Assembly (NCBI RefSeq): GCF_000155895.1
Contig: NZ_DS995298.1
Coordinates: forward strand, 1,410,001 to 1,442,000
DNA from: Candidatus Pelagibacter sp. HTCC7211
GTDB taxonomy: Bacteria > Pseudomonadota > Alphaproteobacteria > Pelagibacterales > Pelagibacteraceae
Direction: 5' to 3'
Length of the DNA: 32,000 nt
Made by a program: the position numbers and the translations under genes. The first letter of the stretch is position 1; every line of letters starts with the position of its first letter. Shown piece after piece: positions 1 through 10,107 of this stretch. A model generated the notes under the pieces. It was not told the DNA's origin. It ran no database searches and saw only the letters and a program-made list of their open reading frames with translations.

Positions 1-2
1 CT

Positions 3-302
3 AGTCATAAATTGGCCAAAGAAAAGATATACTCAAAGGTGATATCAATGCCATGCCAGGATCTTTTTGACTTACAGTCTAATTCATACAAACAAAAAAT
101 AATTAATGAAACAAAAATGAAAATTTCTATTGAAGCTGCATCAACAGATAGTTGGAAAAAATATATTGGAAATAATGGTTTGGCTTTTGGAATTGATACT
201 TTTGGTAAAAGTGCTCCATATAAAGAAATTTATAAACATTTTGGTTTAACAGCAACAAATATTGCTAATAAATCAAAAAAAATTTTAAGAATAAAAAAAT
301 GA
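3..302 (+). CDS. tkt: Transketolase, C-terminal fragment (5' end lies outside the window)
   Basis: The frame is open from the window edge, so the TTG at 12 in the ORF track is not a real start. The tail VISMPCQDLFDLQ...IEAASTDSWKKYIG...GIDTFGKSAPYKEIYKHFGLT matches the conserved transketolase C-terminal domain (compare E. coli TktA VVSMPSTDAFDKQ...FGESAP...). The TGA stop overlaps the gap ATG (ATGA at 299-302). Confidence 0.85.
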   Translation, partial: SHKLAKEKIYSKVISMPCQDLFDLQSNSYKQKIINETKMKISIEAASTDSWKKYIGNNGLAFGIDTFGKSAPYKEIYKHFGLTATNIANKSKKILRIKK

Positions 303-1306
303 CAATAAATGTTGGTATCAATGGAATGGGTAGAATTGGCCGAATGGTTATCAGGGCAATTATTGAAAGCAAAAATAAAAATATAAAGATAAGACACATT
401 AATAATAGATCTAATTTGGAGGCAAGCTGTACTCTAATTAAATATGACTCAGTCCACGGTAAGTTTAATGCAAACCTAAATTATAATGAAAATCATTTGA
501 TTATAAATAATGATAAAATCTCTTTTTCACAAGAATCAAAAATTGAAGATATAAATTGGAAAAAATTTGGTGTTGATTACGTTTTTGAGTGCACTGGAAA
601 ATTTAATTCAAAAGAAAAACTATTAGCACACATTAATAATGGTGCAAAAAAGGTTATTGTATCTGCTCCTTGTAAAAATGCTGATAAAACAATTGTTTTT
701 GGTGTAAATGAAGAAGAGCTTACAATAAAAGATCAAATAATTTCTGCTGCTTCTTGTACAACAAACTGTTTGGCACCTGTTGCAAATGTCCTTCACAAAA
801 ATTTTGAAATAGAAAAAGGTTTTATGACCACAATTCACGCTTTTACAAGTGATCAAAGAATTTTAGATAATTCTCATAAAGATCCTAGAAGAGCAAGATC
901 AGCAAGTCAATCAATTGTTCCAACATCTACTGGGGCATCAAAGGCAATTGGAGAAATAATTCCATCATTAAAAGGCAAACTAGAGGGTATAGCTATGCGG
1001 GTTCCAACTCCAAATGTATCTCTTATTGAATTAGTTTTTTGTACAAAAAAAGATATTAATAAAGAAAAAATTAATAATGCATTTAGAGAAGTTTCAAAAA
1101 CTCAGTCTAAAAAAATATTAGAGATAACTTCTGAAAAACTCGTGTCTATTGATTTTAATCATAATTCATCATCAGCAATTATTGACTCATCACTTACTAG
1201 CGTTGTAGGTAAAAATATGGGAAAAATTTCTGCCTGGTATGATAATGAGTGGGGATTTTCAAATAGAATGTGTGATATAGCTGAGTATGTCAATAAGATC
1301 TCTTAA
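299..1306 (+). CDS. gap: Glyceraldehyde-3-phosphate dehydrogenase
   Basis: 335 aa. Has the N-terminal Rossmann motif INGMGRIGR, the active-site ASCTTNC, and the C-terminal WYDNEWGFSNR signature. Confidence 0.95.
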   Translation: MTINVGINGMGRIGRMVIRAIIESKNKNIKIRHINNRSNLEASCTLIKYDSVHGKFNANLNYNENHLIINNDKISFSQESKIEDINWKKFGVDYVFECTGKFNSKEKLLAHINNGAKKVIVSAPCKNADKTIVFGVNEEELTIKDQIISAASCTTNCLAPVANVLHKNFEIEKGFMTTIHAFTSDQRILDNSHKDPRRARSASQSIVPTSTGASKAIGEIIPSLKGKLEGIAMRVPTPNVSLIELVFCTKKDINKEKINNAFREVSKTQSKKILEITSEKLVSIDFNHNSSSAIIDSSLTSVVGKNMGKISAWYDNEWGFSNRMCDIAEYVNKIS

Positions 1307-2484
1307 TGAAAAGCATAAAAGAAGAAGTAAATCTCGAAAATAAAAAAATATTATTAAGATTAGATTTAAATGTTCCTATAGTTGACAATAAAATTATGGA
1401 CACTACAAGAATAGATAAAATTTTACCTACTTTAAGATTTTTAATTGATCAAAATACTAAAATCATAATTATTTCTCATGTAGGAAGACCAAAAGGTAAA
1501 ATTGTTAACGAGCTATCACTTAAACTAATATGTGAAGAATTGAGTAAAAAATCAAATCAAAATGTAAAGCTTATTTCAAAAAATGTTAAAGAAATCAATT
1601 CAAAAGAGTTATTTAATAATAATGATGAAAGAATAATGATGTTAGAAAATATAAGATTTTATTCTGAGGAAGAAAAAAACGATGAACAGTTTGCAAAACA
1701 TCTTGCAACCTTAGCTGACATCTATGTAAATGACGCTTTTTCATGTTCTCATAGATCTCACGCTTCAATTGATGAGATCACTAATTTTTTACCTTCTTAT
1801 TCTGGCTTACAGTTTGATCAAGAAGTTAATGCTTTAAAAAAAATCACTTCTGAAATTAAAAAACCTATCACATGTATAATTGGAGGCTCAAAAGTCTCAA
1901 CTAAAATTAATATAATTAAAAATTTAATACCAAAATTTGATAATATTATAATTGTTGGTGGAATGGCTAATAATATTATTAAATTTATGGGAAATAATAT
2001 TGGAAAATCTTTACATGAAGAAGGCTCAGATAAAATTATCGAAGAAATTTTATTACTTTCAGAAAAAACAAACTGTAAAATAATATACCCAAAGGACGTC
2101 CTTGTAGGAAAGAATTTAGACGGAAATCCACAAATAAAAGAATTAAATGAAATTTTATCAGATGACATGATTTTAGATATTGGCCCAAAAACGATTAAAA
2201 TTATTAATAATATAATTGATGAAAGTAAAACCATTTTATGGAATGGGCCTGCTGGGTATTTTGAAAACCCAAAGTTTGCTAATGGTAGTATTAAAATTGC
2301 AAAAAAAATGATTGAAAATAATAAATCTAATAATATTTATTCAGTTGCTGGAGGAGGAGATACAGTTTCATTGATAAATAGCTTAAATGCAATAAATAAT
2401 TTTAACTTTGTTTCAACTGCTGGTGGAGCCTTCTTAGAATATCTTGAAGGTAAAAAACTTCCTGGTATAAAAGCTTTAAAATAA
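1306..2484 (+). CDS. pgk: Phosphoglycerate kinase
   Basis: 392 aa. Motifs RLDLNVP, ISHVGRPKG, NIRFY.EE and C-terminal STAGGAFLEYLEGKKLPG. The ATG overlaps the gap stop (TAATG). Confidence 0.95.
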   Translation: MKSIKEEVNLENKKILLRLDLNVPIVDNKIMDTTRIDKILPTLRFLIDQNTKIIIISHVGRPKGKIVNELSLKLICEELSKKSNQNVKLISKNVKEINSKELFNNNDERIMMLENIRFYSEEEKNDEQFAKHLATLADIYVNDAFSCSHRSHASIDEITNFLPSYSGLQFDQEVNALKKITSEIKKPITCIIGGSKVSTKINIIKNLIPKFDNIIIVGGMANNIIKFMGNNIGKSLHEEGSDKIIEEILLLSEKTNCKIIYPKDVLVGKNLDGNPQIKELNEILSDDMILDIGPKTIKIINNIIDESKTILWNGPAGYFENPKFANGSIKIAKKMIENNKSNNIYSVAGGGDTVSLINSLNAINNFNFVSTAGGAFLEYLEGKKLPGIKALK

Positions 2485-2485
2485 T

Positions 2486-3496
2486 ATGTCAGATCTTAAT
2501 ACAATCGCTTTAAAAATTCTTTCAAACGGTAAAGGTATACTTGCTGCAGATGAAAGTAATGGAACTATGACAAAAAGACTTGAGGCAGTTAACATTCAAT
2601 CATCACCAGAAAATAGACTTCTTTTTAGAGAAACACTTTTTGCTTCTGAAAGTATGTCAAAATGTATTGGTGGAGTTATTTTATTTGATGAGACAATAAA
2701 TCAAACATCAAATTATGGAAAAACAATTCCAACTATGATCTCAGAAATAGGAGCAGTCCCAGGAATTAAAGTAGACACTGGAGCAAAAGATTTAGCAAAT
2801 TCATTAGATGAAAAAATTACAGAGGGCTTAGATGGGCTAAGAGAAAGATTAAAAAGATATTACGAGCTTGGGGCAAGATTCACAAAATGGAGAGGGGTAT
2901 ATAGTATTGGAGAAAAATACCCAAGCAAAATTGCTATCAATTCAAATGCACATGCATTAGCAAGATATTCTGCTTTAGCTCAAGAAAGTGGGATGGTACC
3001 AATTGTAGAACCAGAAGTATTAATGGATGGTGAGCATTCAGCAGATGACTGTTTAATAAAAACTTCTGAAGTAATTAAAAAATGCTTTGAAGAACTTATA
3101 ATTCATAAAATTGATTTAACAGGAGTAATTTTAAAACCAAACATGATCCTGGCAGGAAATAAATCAAAAAATAAAATTTCCAATGAAGAGGTTGCCTCTA
3201 AAACACTCGAATGTTTAAAAAATTCTGTTCCGAATGAGGTCCCTGGAATTGCTTTCTTATCTGGTGGTCAATCGGAGGTAGAAGCAACTGAAAATTTAAA
3301 TTTAATTAATAAAAATAATGATACTAATTTTATAATGACTTATTCGTATGGAAGAGCTCTTCAACAAAGTGCTCTAAAATTTTGGTCGAAAGATATAAAA
3401 GATATTAAAGGAACCCAAATTATTTTTAATCATAGAGCAAAAATGAATACTTTAGCTGCTCAAGGAAAATGGACTAACGAGCTTGAGAATAAATAA
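2486..3496 (+). CDS. fba: Fructose-bisphosphate aldolase, class I (Schiff-base type)
   Basis: 336 aa. Motifs ILAADESNGTMTKRL, VILKPNM (catalytic Lys region), FLSGGQS and YSYGRALQ are typical of class I FBA. It completes the tkt-gap-pgk-fba arrangement common in alphaproteobacteria. Confidence 0.9.
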   Translation: MSDLNTIALKILSNGKGILAADESNGTMTKRLEAVNIQSSPENRLLFRETLFASESMSKCIGGVILFDETINQTSNYGKTIPTMISEIGAVPGIKVDTGAKDLANSLDEKITEGLDGLRERLKRYYELGARFTKWRGVYSIGEKYPSKIAINSNAHALARYSALAQESGMVPIVEPEVLMDGEHSADDCLIKTSEVIKKCFEELIIHKIDLTGVILKPNMILAGNKSKNKISNEEVASKTLECLKNSVPNEVPGIAFLSGGQSEVEATENLNLINKNNDTNFIMTYSYGRALQQSALKFWSKDIKDIKGTQIIFNHRAKMNTLAAQGKWTNELENK

Positions 3497-4097
3497 AAAA
3501 AAATTTATTTATCTTATTTCCCCAAACAAAATTTACCCTAAATTTTATCATGATTTAAATAAAGTCTTTGAAACCGGCAAGATTAGTCTATTTCAATTAA
3601 GATTTAAAAGATATTCACTTAAACAAAAAATTGCAATTGGAAAAAAAATTCACCCAATATGTAAAAAAAATAAGGTAAAATTTTTAGTAAATGATGACCC
3701 AACACTTTCAAAAAAAATTAATGCTGATGGATGTCACATTGGTCAACAAGATATGAGTATAGTAGAAGCAAGAAAAATAATTGGAAATAAAATTATAGGG
3801 GTTACTTGTCATAACTCAATTAATTTAGCAAAAGCTGCTATTAAAAGAAAAGCAGATTATATTGCCTTTGGTTCTTTCTTCTCTACTAAAACAAAAAAAG
3901 TAAAATATAAAGCAACAACCAAAATTGTAGACAAAGTAAAAAAGTTAACCAAAATACCAATAGTGGCCATTGGGGGAATTAATATAAGTAATTATAAAAA
4001 ACTGTTATTGAACAATGTTAATTTATTGGCTATTTCAGGCTACGTTTGGAATAATAAAAAATATAAACCCTATAAAACTATAGAAAAAATTAAATGA
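3483..4097 (+). CDS. thiE: Thiamine-phosphate synthase
   Basis: 204 aa. Motifs LFQLRFK, GCHIGQQD, IGVTCH, ADYIAFGSFFSTKTK and PIVAIGGI. The only plausible start upstream of the conserved IYLISP is TTG at 3483, giving a 14-nt overlap with fba, so the start coordinate is uncertain. Confidence 0.8.
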   Translation: MRINKKKFIYLISPNKIYPKFYHDLNKVFETGKISLFQLRFKRYSLKQKIAIGKKIHPICKKNKVKFLVNDDPTLSKKINADGCHIGQQDMSIVEARKIIGNKIIGVTCHNSINLAKAAIKRKADYIAFGSFFSTKTKKVKYKATTKIVDKVKKLTKIPIVAIGGINISNYKKLLLNNVNLLAISGYVWNNKKYKPYKTIEKIK

Positions 4098-4654
4098 AAA
4101 TAAATGCTGGAGAAATAAGAGTAGGAATGCTCTTAGAATACAAAAATGATTTATGGTTAGTGCTAAAAACTCAACATGTAAAACCTGGTAAGGGTGGAGC
4201 ATTTGCTCAAGTAGAAATGAAAAGTGTGGGTAAAAACACAAAATTAAATGAAAGATTTAGATCTAGCGAAACAGTTGAAAAAGCATCGCTTGAAGAAACA
4301 AATTATAATTATTTATATGATGATGAGGTCAATTATATTTTTATGGATCCAAAAACATTTGAACAAATTGAAATTAAAAAAGATATAATTGGTGAAAAAG
4401 GAGAGTTATTGACTGAAAATCTTGAGGTCAAAGTAAACTTTCATAATGAAAGTCCAATTTCAGTTGAACTTCCTAATCAGGTAAAATGTAAAATTGAAAC
4501 TACAGATGCTGCTCTTAGGGGACAAACTGTTTCTTCATCCTACAAGCCTGCTACACTTGATAATGGCATGAATATTCAAGTACCACCATTTATAGATTCT
4601 GGAGATGAAGTAATTGTTGATACAAGAACCCTTGAATACATAAAAAAAATATAA
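4094..4654 (+). CDS. efp: Elongation factor P
   Basis: 186 aa. Has the N-terminal KOW-like domain with the VKPGKGGAFAQVEMK loop containing the conserved modified-Lys position, followed by two OB-like domains. The ATG overlaps the thiE stop (ATGA). Confidence 0.93.
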   Translation: MKINAGEIRVGMLLEYKNDLWLVLKTQHVKPGKGGAFAQVEMKSVGKNTKLNERFRSSETVEKASLEETNYNYLYDDEVNYIFMDPKTFEQIEIKKDIIGEKGELLTENLEVKVNFHNESPISVELPNQVKCKIETTDAALRGQTVSSSYKPATLDNGMNIQVPPFIDSGDEVIVDTRTLEYIKKI

Positions 4655-4658
4655 TTCA

Positions 4659-5399
4659 ATGTTATCTATCTCTGCAAATCTCAACATAATGATTAAGGCT
4701 GCTGAAAAAGCATCTAAATCAATAATAAGAGATTTTGGAGAAATTGAAAAGTTGCAAGTATCTAAAAAAGGACCACATGATTTCGTGACTAAAACAGATA
4801 AACATGTTGAAAAAATATTAATTGAAGAATTGTCAAAAACAAAAAAGAATTATTCTTTTTTGACTGAAGAAACTGGTATTATTAAAAATAAAGATAATGA
4901 AAATACTTGGATAATTGATCCAATTGATGGAACAACTAATTTTCTTCACGGCATACCTCACTTTGCAATTTCTATTGCACTTATGTCAAAAGATGAATTA
5001 TTAAGTGGTTTAATTTTTGATCCAATTAAGGATGAAATGTTTTTTGCCGAAAAAAATAATGGTGCTTTTTTAAATAATCAAAGATTAAGAGTTTCAAAAA
5101 AAAATTCTTTAGATGAATGTTTGTTTTCAAGTAATAATGAAGGTGTAAAATTTAGCAATTTAAATATGAGATGTAGTGGGTCTGCTTCATTAGATTTAGC
5201 TTATGTGGCTGCAGGTAGACTTGATGGATACTTTCAGAATAAGATTAATATATGGGATGTGGCCGCAGGAATATTGATGATAACTGAGGCAGGTGGAATA
5301 GTGAATGATATTCATAAATTTGAAGTAAATAATATTGATATTAGGGCTTCAAGTGCTGCAATAAATGATAAAATGTTGGAAAATTTAGTTAACTTTTAA
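4659..5399 (+). CDS. suhB: Inositol monophosphatase family protein (SuhB-like)
   Basis: 246 aa. IMPase signatures FLTEE, WIIDPIDGTTNFLHG and WDVAAG. Confidence 0.88.
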   Translation: MLSISANLNIMIKAAEKASKSIIRDFGEIEKLQVSKKGPHDFVTKTDKHVEKILIEELSKTKKNYSFLTEETGIIKNKDNENTWIIDPIDGTTNFLHGIPHFAISIALMSKDELLSGLIFDPIKDEMFFAEKNNGAFLNNQRLRVSKKNSLDECLFSSNNEGVKFSNLNMRCSGSASLDLAYVAAGRLDGYFQNKINIWDVAAGILMITEAGGIVNDIHKFEVNNIDIRASSAAINDKMLENLVNF

Positions 5400-5434
5400 T
5401 TGTGTTATAAAATTCTTTTGCTATAAGTCTCGGT

Positions 5435-5665
5435 ATGAAAAAAGACATACATCCAAACTACCACACAATTAAAGTCGAAATGACTGACGGAACTCAATTT
5501 GAAACAAAATCAACTTGGGGTGCTGAAGGTGATTTGCTTAAATTAGAAATCGATCCAAAATCACATTCTGCGTGGACAGGTGGAAAACAAAAGCTAATGG
5601 ATAAAGGCAGAATAAGTAAATTTAACAAAAAATTTCAAAATTTTAAATCAGATAAAAAAAATTAA
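5435..5665 (+). CDS. rpmE: 50S ribosomal protein L31 (Cys-less, zinc-independent form)
   Basis: 76 aa. Starts [10 protein letters not shown], then ...[11 protein letters not shown]...RISKFNKKF. It has no CxxC pairs, as is usual for alphaproteobacterial L31. Confidence 0.93.
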   Translation: MKKDIHPNYHTIKVEMTDGTQFETKSTWGAEGDLLKLEIDPKSHSAWTGGKQKLMDKGRISKFNKKFQNFKSDKKN

Positions 5666-6253
5666 ATGTCAAATGCACCTTTGATGCCAATGGCTACAGC
5701 TGTTTGGTTAGTTGAAAATACAACACTTACTTTTAAACAAATTGCAAATTTTTGTAACCTACATGAAGTTGAAGTTCAAGGAATAGCAGACGGTGAAGTT
5801 GCAAAGGGAATTAAAGCTTATAACCCAATAATTTCAGGTCAACTCACTAGAGAAGAAATTGAATTATCATCAAATGATGAAAATAGAGATCTTCAAATCA
5901 AAAGCACAGATATTGAAATATCCAATATTGAGAAAAAAACTAAAAAATATATACCTCTCTCTAAGAGACAAGACAAGCCGGACTCTGCATTATGGTTAAT
6001 CAGACAACATACCAAGCTAAAAGACTCTCAGATTGCAAAACTAATTGGTATAACAAAAAATTCGGTCACCTCTATAAGAAACAAAAGCTATTGGAACTAT
6101 AATAATTTAAATCCAAAAGACCCTGTTGCTTTAAACTTATTTTCGCAGAAAGATCTGATAGAAGCACTAGAAAAAGCTGAGAGAAGAATTAAAAGAGAAA
6201 AAAAAGAAAAAGAAAAAGAAAAACAAGCTAAAGAAATTTCAAACATTGAATAA
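5666..6253 (+). CDS. DUF1013-family conserved alphaproteobacterial protein with two HTH-like segments (putative DNA-binding regulator)
   Basis: 195 aa. The N-terminus MSNAPLMPMATAVWLVENTTLTFKQIANFCNLHEVEVQGIADGE is the signature of the DUF1013 family. A second HTH-like stretch is DSQIAKLIGITKNSVTSIRNKS, and the tail is Lys/Glu-rich. I recall that some databases label members as a cell-cycle regulator, but this cannot be verified here. Confidence 0.75.
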   Translation: MSNAPLMPMATAVWLVENTTLTFKQIANFCNLHEVEVQGIADGEVAKGIKAYNPIISGQLTREEIELSSNDENRDLQIKSTDIEISNIEKKTKKYIPLSKRQDKPDSALWLIRQHTKLKDSQIAKLIGITKNSVTSIRNKSYWNYNNLNPKDPVALNLFSQKDLIEALEKAERRIKREKKEKEKEKQAKEISNIE

Positions 6254-6306
6254 ATTTAATAGACATCAAAATTTTATAGTGATAATTACTCACTTTAAAA
6301 AAATAT

Positions 6307-6501
6307 ATGAAAATAGAAGTTAAAGATAATAACATTGAACAAGCGCTTAGGGTTCTTAAAAGAAAGCTACAACGCGACGGTTTTTTTAAAGTAATAAAAT
6401 TAAAAAATACTTATGAGAAACCATCTGAGAAGAAAAAAAGAATTCTTCAAGAAAATATAAAAAGAGTTAAGAAGTTAAATAAACTTAAAAATAGAATTTA
6501 A
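6307..6501 (+). CDS. rpsU: 30S ribosomal protein S21
   Basis: 64 aa and very basic. Motifs ALRVLKRKLQRDG and YEKPSEKKKR are typical of S21. Confidence 0.92.
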   Translation: MKIEVKDNNIEQALRVLKRKLQRDGFFKVIKLKNTYEKPSEKKKRILQENIKRVKKLNKLKNRI

Positions 6502-6507
6502 GTATAC

Positions 6508-6584
<77 letters not shown>

Positions 6585-6592
6585 ATTCCAGA

Positions 6593-7291
6593 CTAAATTT
6601 TAAAATTAGATTTTTTACTGTCTATTATAAAAGCTCTAACTGTTTCTTTTGTAAGTTGGTCAAATGACTTTCCAAATTTTTCTATTTTTTCAATGATAGT
6701 TGGTGGCACAGTAATTATATGGCAACCTAATTGTTTTGCCTGTAAATAATTGTAAGGCTCACGAACACTTGCCCATAAAATCTCAACATTCTTAAACCTC
6801 TTAGCCAATTTAATACTCTTAACAAATTCTGGCACTGGATCTTTGCCAACGTCGCCTGCTCTTCCTGCAAAAATAGAGATAATCACTTTTGTTTTTTTAT
6901 TAATTAATTTTAAAATGTTTTTGGTTTGTTTAGCGCTATAGACTGCTGTTATATTAAGTTTAATATCATGACTATTTAATTCTTTAATAATTCTACCCAT
7001 AAATTTACCTTTTGAATTGGCAACTGGCACTTTTACATAAACATTTTTTCCCCAACTATTGATTTTCATTGCTTGAATTTTCATTTCTTCATATTCATCA
7101 GCAAATACCTCAAGTGATACTGGTTTGTTATTACAAATTTTAAGAATTTTTTTTGAATAAGATTTGTAATTTTTTGCTCCAGCTTTTCTCATTAAGCTAG
7201 GGTTTGTTGTAAAACCTTTAACAATTTTTTTTTTATTGAATCTTTTAATTTGATTTAATTCTGCAATGTCACAAAATATTTTAGTAATCAA
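6593..7291 (-). CDS. Transaldolase-family protein (short TalC/fructose-6-phosphate aldolase-like type)
   Basis: 232 aa with a TTG start. Motifs GFTTNPSL, the Schiff-base Lys context NVYVKVP, and IFAGRAGD. Confidence 0.8.
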   Translation of the reverse strand: MITKIFCDIAELNQIKRFNKKKIVKGFTTNPSLMRKAGAKNYKSYSKKILKICNNKPVSLEVFADEYEEMKIQAMKINSWGKNVYVKVPVANSKGKFMGRIIKELNSHDIKLNITAVYSAKQTKNILKLINKKTKVIISIFAGRAGDVGKDPVPEFVKSIKLAKRFKNVEILWASVREPYNYLQAKQLGCHIITVPPTIIEKIEKFGKSFDQLTKETVRAFIIDSKKSNFKI

Positions 7292-7299
7292 ATTTATAC

Positions 7300-8697
7300 C
7301 TATAGATTCTTAGTGATATCTTCTGTCATTTTTTTTGCATCTGCAAACAACATTAGAGTATTTTCTTTGTAAAATAGATCATTATCAATTCCTGCGTAGC
7401 CAGGGGATAAACTTCTTTTAACAAATAATACTGATTTACATTTTTCAACATCAAGAACTGGCATGCCATAAATTGGACTTTGAGGATCTGTTTTTGCAAC
7501 TGGATTTGTTACATCATTGGCACCTATTACAAAAGCTACGTCTGCATTTGCAAAATCATTATTGATCTCTTCAAGCTCAAATACCTCATCATATGGAACA
7601 TTTGCCTCAGCAAGTAAAACGTTCATATGACCTGGCATTCGTCCCGCAACAGGATGGATTGCATAGGAAACTTTTATGTCATTTTTTTTTAATGTATCAA
7701 CCATTTCTCTTAAAGCATGTTGTGCTTGTGCTACAGCCATTCCGTAACCTGGTACAATTATAACTGATGAGGCATTCTTCATTAAAAATGCGGCATCATC
7801 TGCATTTCCACTTTTAACTGGTCTTTGTTCTTTGTTTTGTGATGATGAAGATTGTTCAGTTGCACCAAATCCACCTAAAATAACATTAAAGAATGATCTA
7901 TTCATTCCTTTACACATTATGTAAGATAATATTGCTCCAGATGATCCAACTAATGCACCTGTAATAATTAATGCTGTATTTTCCAAAGTAAAACCAATTC
8001 CAGCCGCTGCCCAACCAGAATATGAGTTTAGCATTGAAATCACTACCGGCATATCTGCACCACCTATTGGAATGATAAGTAAAAAACCAATTAAAAAAGA
8101 TACAGCTAACAGTATCCAAAATAAATTAGAAGATTGTGTAGAGCAAAGTAGATAAGTTAATACAATTATTGAAATCAAAATTAGGGCATTTAGTGGATGT
8201 TGTCCCTTAAAAGTTATAGGTGAACCTGACATTATTCCTTGAAGTTTTAAAAAAGCAATAATTGAACCTGAAAAAGTGATTGCACCTACTGCTGCACCAA
8301 TTGACATTTCAATCAAGCTTCCAAGTTTAATATTGCCTGGTGATCCTAAATTGAAGGCATCTGGATTTAAAAAAGCAGCTATGGCAACAAATACTGCTGC
8401 AAGACCAACTAAACTATGAAAACCAGCTACTAATTCTGGCATTGCTGTCATAGGGATTTTATAAGCAATAAACGCACCTATTAATCCACCTATTAAAAGA
8501 AATATTAAAACAACTGCAAATCCAGTTGAAAAATTTCCAATTGATAAAAAAGTAACTGTAATTGCAATAATCATTCCTAAAATACCAAAGAAATTTCCTT
8601 GTCTGGATGTTTCTGGTGATGAAAGTCCCCTTAAAGCAAGAATAAATAATACACCTGAAATTAGATAAAATATGGCTGATAAATTTGCTGATAACAT
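7300..8697 (-). CDS. pntB: NAD(P) transhydrogenase subunit beta
   Basis: 465 aa. The N-terminal half is polytopic membrane. The C-terminal dIII domain carries VIIVPGYGMAVAQAQH, YAIHPVAGRMPGHMNVLLAEA and VIGANDV. The ATG overlaps the pntAB stop (TAATG). Confidence 0.95.
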   Translation of the reverse strand: MLSANLSAIFYLISGVLFILALRGLSSPETSRQGNFFGILGMIIAITVTFLSIGNFSTGFAVVLIFLLIGGLIGAFIAYKIPMTAMPELVAGFHSLVGLAAVFVAIAAFLNPDAFNLGSPGNIKLGSLIEMSIGAAVGAITFSGSIIAFLKLQGIMSGSPITFKGQHPLNALILISIIVLTYLLCSTQSSNLFWILLAVSFLIGFLLIIPIGGADMPVVISMLNSYSGWAAAGIGFTLENTALIITGALVGSSGAILSYIMCKGMNRSFFNVILGGFGATEQSSSSQNKEQRPVKSGNADDAAFLMKNASSVIIVPGYGMAVAQAQHALREMVDTLKKNDIKVSYAIHPVAGRMPGHMNVLLAEANVPYDEVFELEEINNDFANADVAFVIGANDVTNPVAKTDPQSPIYGMPVLDVEKCKSVLFVKRSLSPGYAGIDNDLFYKENTLMLFADAKKMTEDITKNL

Positions 8698-9005
8698 TAT
8701 TTATCCTTTTTCTTTTTTTTATACATTGCAAGCATTCTCTGCGTTACTAAAAAACCGCCAAATATATTAATAGCTGCTAGTGATATTGCTAAAAACCCAA
8801 AGATACTTGAAGTGTTAAATATAGTATCAGAGTCCCCTGCTAATCCTGCAATGATCGCGCCTACAATTATGACAGATGAAATAGCATTGGTAACTGACAT
8901 TAAAGGTGTGTGAAGTGATGGCGTAACACTCCAAACCACATAATATCCTATAAAAATTGAAAGGATAAAAATACTTAATCTAAATATAAAAGGATCTATT
9001 TCCAT
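8697..9005 (-). CDS. pntAB: NAD(P) transhydrogenase subunit alpha, membrane part 2
   Basis: 102 aa with three predicted TM helices. Motifs HTPLMSVTNAISS and GGFLVTQRML. It sits between pntAA and pntB, as in split alphaproteobacterial transhydrogenases such as Rhodospirillum. Confidence 0.9.
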   Translation of the reverse strand: MEIDPFIFRLSIFILSIFIGYYVVWSVTPSLHTPLMSVTNAISSVIIVGAIIAGLAGDSDTIFNTSSIFGFLAISLAAINIFGGFLVTQRMLAMYKKKKKDK

Positions 9006-9009
9006 AATT

Positions 9010-10098
9010 TCATTTTATTAACGTTTTTTCAACTATCTCGTCTTCTAAATTAATATTAATTCTATTATTTTCTTTATCATATAAATTCGAAACAAAATTA
9101 AATACATTTTTAGCATATAAATTGGATGCTGAAGTTGGAAGCTTGTTTAAAATATTACTTTCCCCCATTATTTTAACACCATTGCTATCAACAATTTCAT
9201 TAACTTTAGTGTGTGCTGTATTTCCACCTTGAATGGCTGCTAAATCATAAATTATCGAACCAGAATTCATATTATTAATCATGGCTTCTTTAATTATCAC
9301 TGGTGCTTTTTTCCCAGGAATTAAAGCTGTGCAAATTACAATGTCAATTTTCTTTAATGTTTCTGACAATAATTCTTCTTGCTTCTTTTTAAAATCATCT
9401 GATGCTTCTTTAGCATAACCTCCTTCTGTCTCTAAATTTTCAGCTCCTTCAACTGTTAAAAATTTTCCCCCTAAACTTTCAACCTGTTCTTTAGAAGCCA
9501 TTCTAACATCTGTCGCAAATACAATTGCACCCATTCGTTTTGCAGTTGCAATTGCTTGCAATCCTGCCACCCCTGCTCCAACAACTAATACTTTTGCAGC
9601 GGGTATTGTTCCTGCTGCAGTCATCATCATTGGAATTGCTTTTTCAAAATGAGCGAACGACTCTACTACCGCTTTATAACCTGCAAGGTTTGCTTGTGAA
9701 GATAGTATATCCATTGATTGAGCTCTTGTTATTCTTGGAAGTAATTCAAGTGAAAAAATATTAATTTTTTTTTTAACTAAATCATTTATCTTCTCTTTAT
9801 TATCATATGGGTTTAACACTCCAATAAATGTTTGATTTTCTTTTAATGAAGAACTTTTGTCATCATCGAATAAGCCTAATTGGACAATAATATCTGCACT
9901 AGATATGATTTCTTTTTCATCTTGTGAAATTGATACGCCTAATTCTTTATACTCTTCATCTTTAATTCCAAGATGGCTTCCATAATTTTCAGCTAATGAA
10001 ACTCCAAGACCAAGAGATATATATTTTTTTGCAATCTCAGGGGTAATTGCAATTCTTTTTTCAATTTTTTGATTTTCTAAAATAGAAGCAATTTTCAT
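9010..10098 (-). CDS. pntAA: NAD(P) transhydrogenase subunit alpha, soluble part 1 (dI)
   Basis: 362 aa with alanine-dehydrogenase/PNT fold. Motifs RIAITPE, the Rossmann motif VLVVGAGVAGLQAIATAKRMGA, and ALIPGKKAP. Confidence 0.93.
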   Translation of the reverse strand: MKIASILENQKIEKRIAITPEIAKKYISLGLGVSLAENYGSHLGIKDEEYKELGVSISQDEKEIISSADIIVQLGLFDDDKSSSLKENQTFIGVLNPYDNKEKINDLVKKKINIFSLELLPRITRAQSMDILSSQANLAGYKAVVESFAHFEKAIPMMMTAAGTIPAAKVLVVGAGVAGLQAIATAKRMGAIVFATDVRMASKEQVESLGGKFLTVEGAENLETEGGYAKEASDDFKKKQEELLSETLKKIDIVICTALIPGKKAPVIIKEAMINNMNSGSIIYDLAAIQGGNTAHTKVNEIVDSNGVKIMGESNILNKLPTSASNLYAKNVFNFVSNLYDKENNRININLEDEIVEKTLIK

Positions 10099-10107
10099 AC
10101 ATTAATC

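Noticed and set aside
6191-6223. A 33-nt purine-only tract with GAAAAA-like repeats at the 3' end of the DUF1013 gene. It could be a microsatellite or a regulatory element.
   Set aside because: It is in frame and encodes a KREKKEKEKEKQ charged tail. This is low-complexity coding sequence, not an independent element.
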